Shown here piece by piece: positions 63,780-64,000 of a DNA stretch of 64,000 nucleotides. The stretch is taken from assembly GCF_004010195.1 (NCBI RefSeq), contig NC_057751.1, forward strand, positions 19,492,535 through 19,556,534. The letters run 5' to 3'. The notes under the pieces are model-generated. The model did no database searches and was not told the origin of the DNA. It worked only from the letters and a program-made list of their open reading frames with translations. The translations under genes were made by a program, and so were the position numbers. The DNA comes from Chiloscyllium plagiosum. Its lineage: Eukaryota. The number at the start of each line of letters is the position of its first letter. The stretch's first letter is position 1.

Positions 63780-64000
63780 ATAGAATCTTGACAGTGCGGG
63801 AAGAGGCTATCAGGTCTGCACCGACCCTCCGAAGAGCATCCCACCCAACCCCTGTCCCTGTCCCAATCCCCAGAACCCTGCACTTCCCATGGCTAATCCA
63901 CCCTAACCTGCACATCCCCGGACACAATGGGACAATTTCCCATGGCAAACCCACCCTAACCTGCACATCCCCGGACACAATGGGACAATTTCCCATGGCA
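63780..64000 (-). repeat. HE1-related SINE 3' part with an internal 53-bp tandem amplification running off the window
   Basis: cccatggc unit starts at 63886, 63939 and 63992; the unit contains the HE1 segment cacc.taacctgcacatc. Confidence 0.85.

Noticed and set aside
63886..64000. CRISPR-like array
   Set aside because: Eukaryotic DNA; units are contiguous with no unique spacers.

Overview
This is vertebrate genomic DNA. HE1-type V-SINEs and their partner CR1 LINEs point to an elasmobranch (shark); this is inferred from repeat families only. The + strand carries the 3' part of a STAT6 orthologue as 14 coding exons (2385-33885). They join in frame into 552 aa plus stop and cover the coiled-coil end, DNA-binding domain, linker, SH2, pTyr segment and a short transactivation tail ending in an LxxLL motif. 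The - strand carries the 3' exons of a convergent NAB2-like gene (63129 down to 60720, possibly to about 53450). It is unusually divergent, and its exon-6 homologue is frameshifted with an early stop, so it is either decaying or truncated. The rest is mostly repeats: many CR1 fragments, HE1 and other SINEs, Tigger-like remnants, a Rex1/Babar RT fragment with a 29-bp internal inversion, and a Penelope GIY-YIG remnant. Several ~120-200 bp Penelope-derived elements carry hammerhead-ribozyme cores; two of them are fold-back hairpins with perfect 16-bp target-site duplications. Most ORFs in the supplied track are repeat-derived or spurious. Comparisons with human proteins are from memory, and repeat boundaries are approximate.
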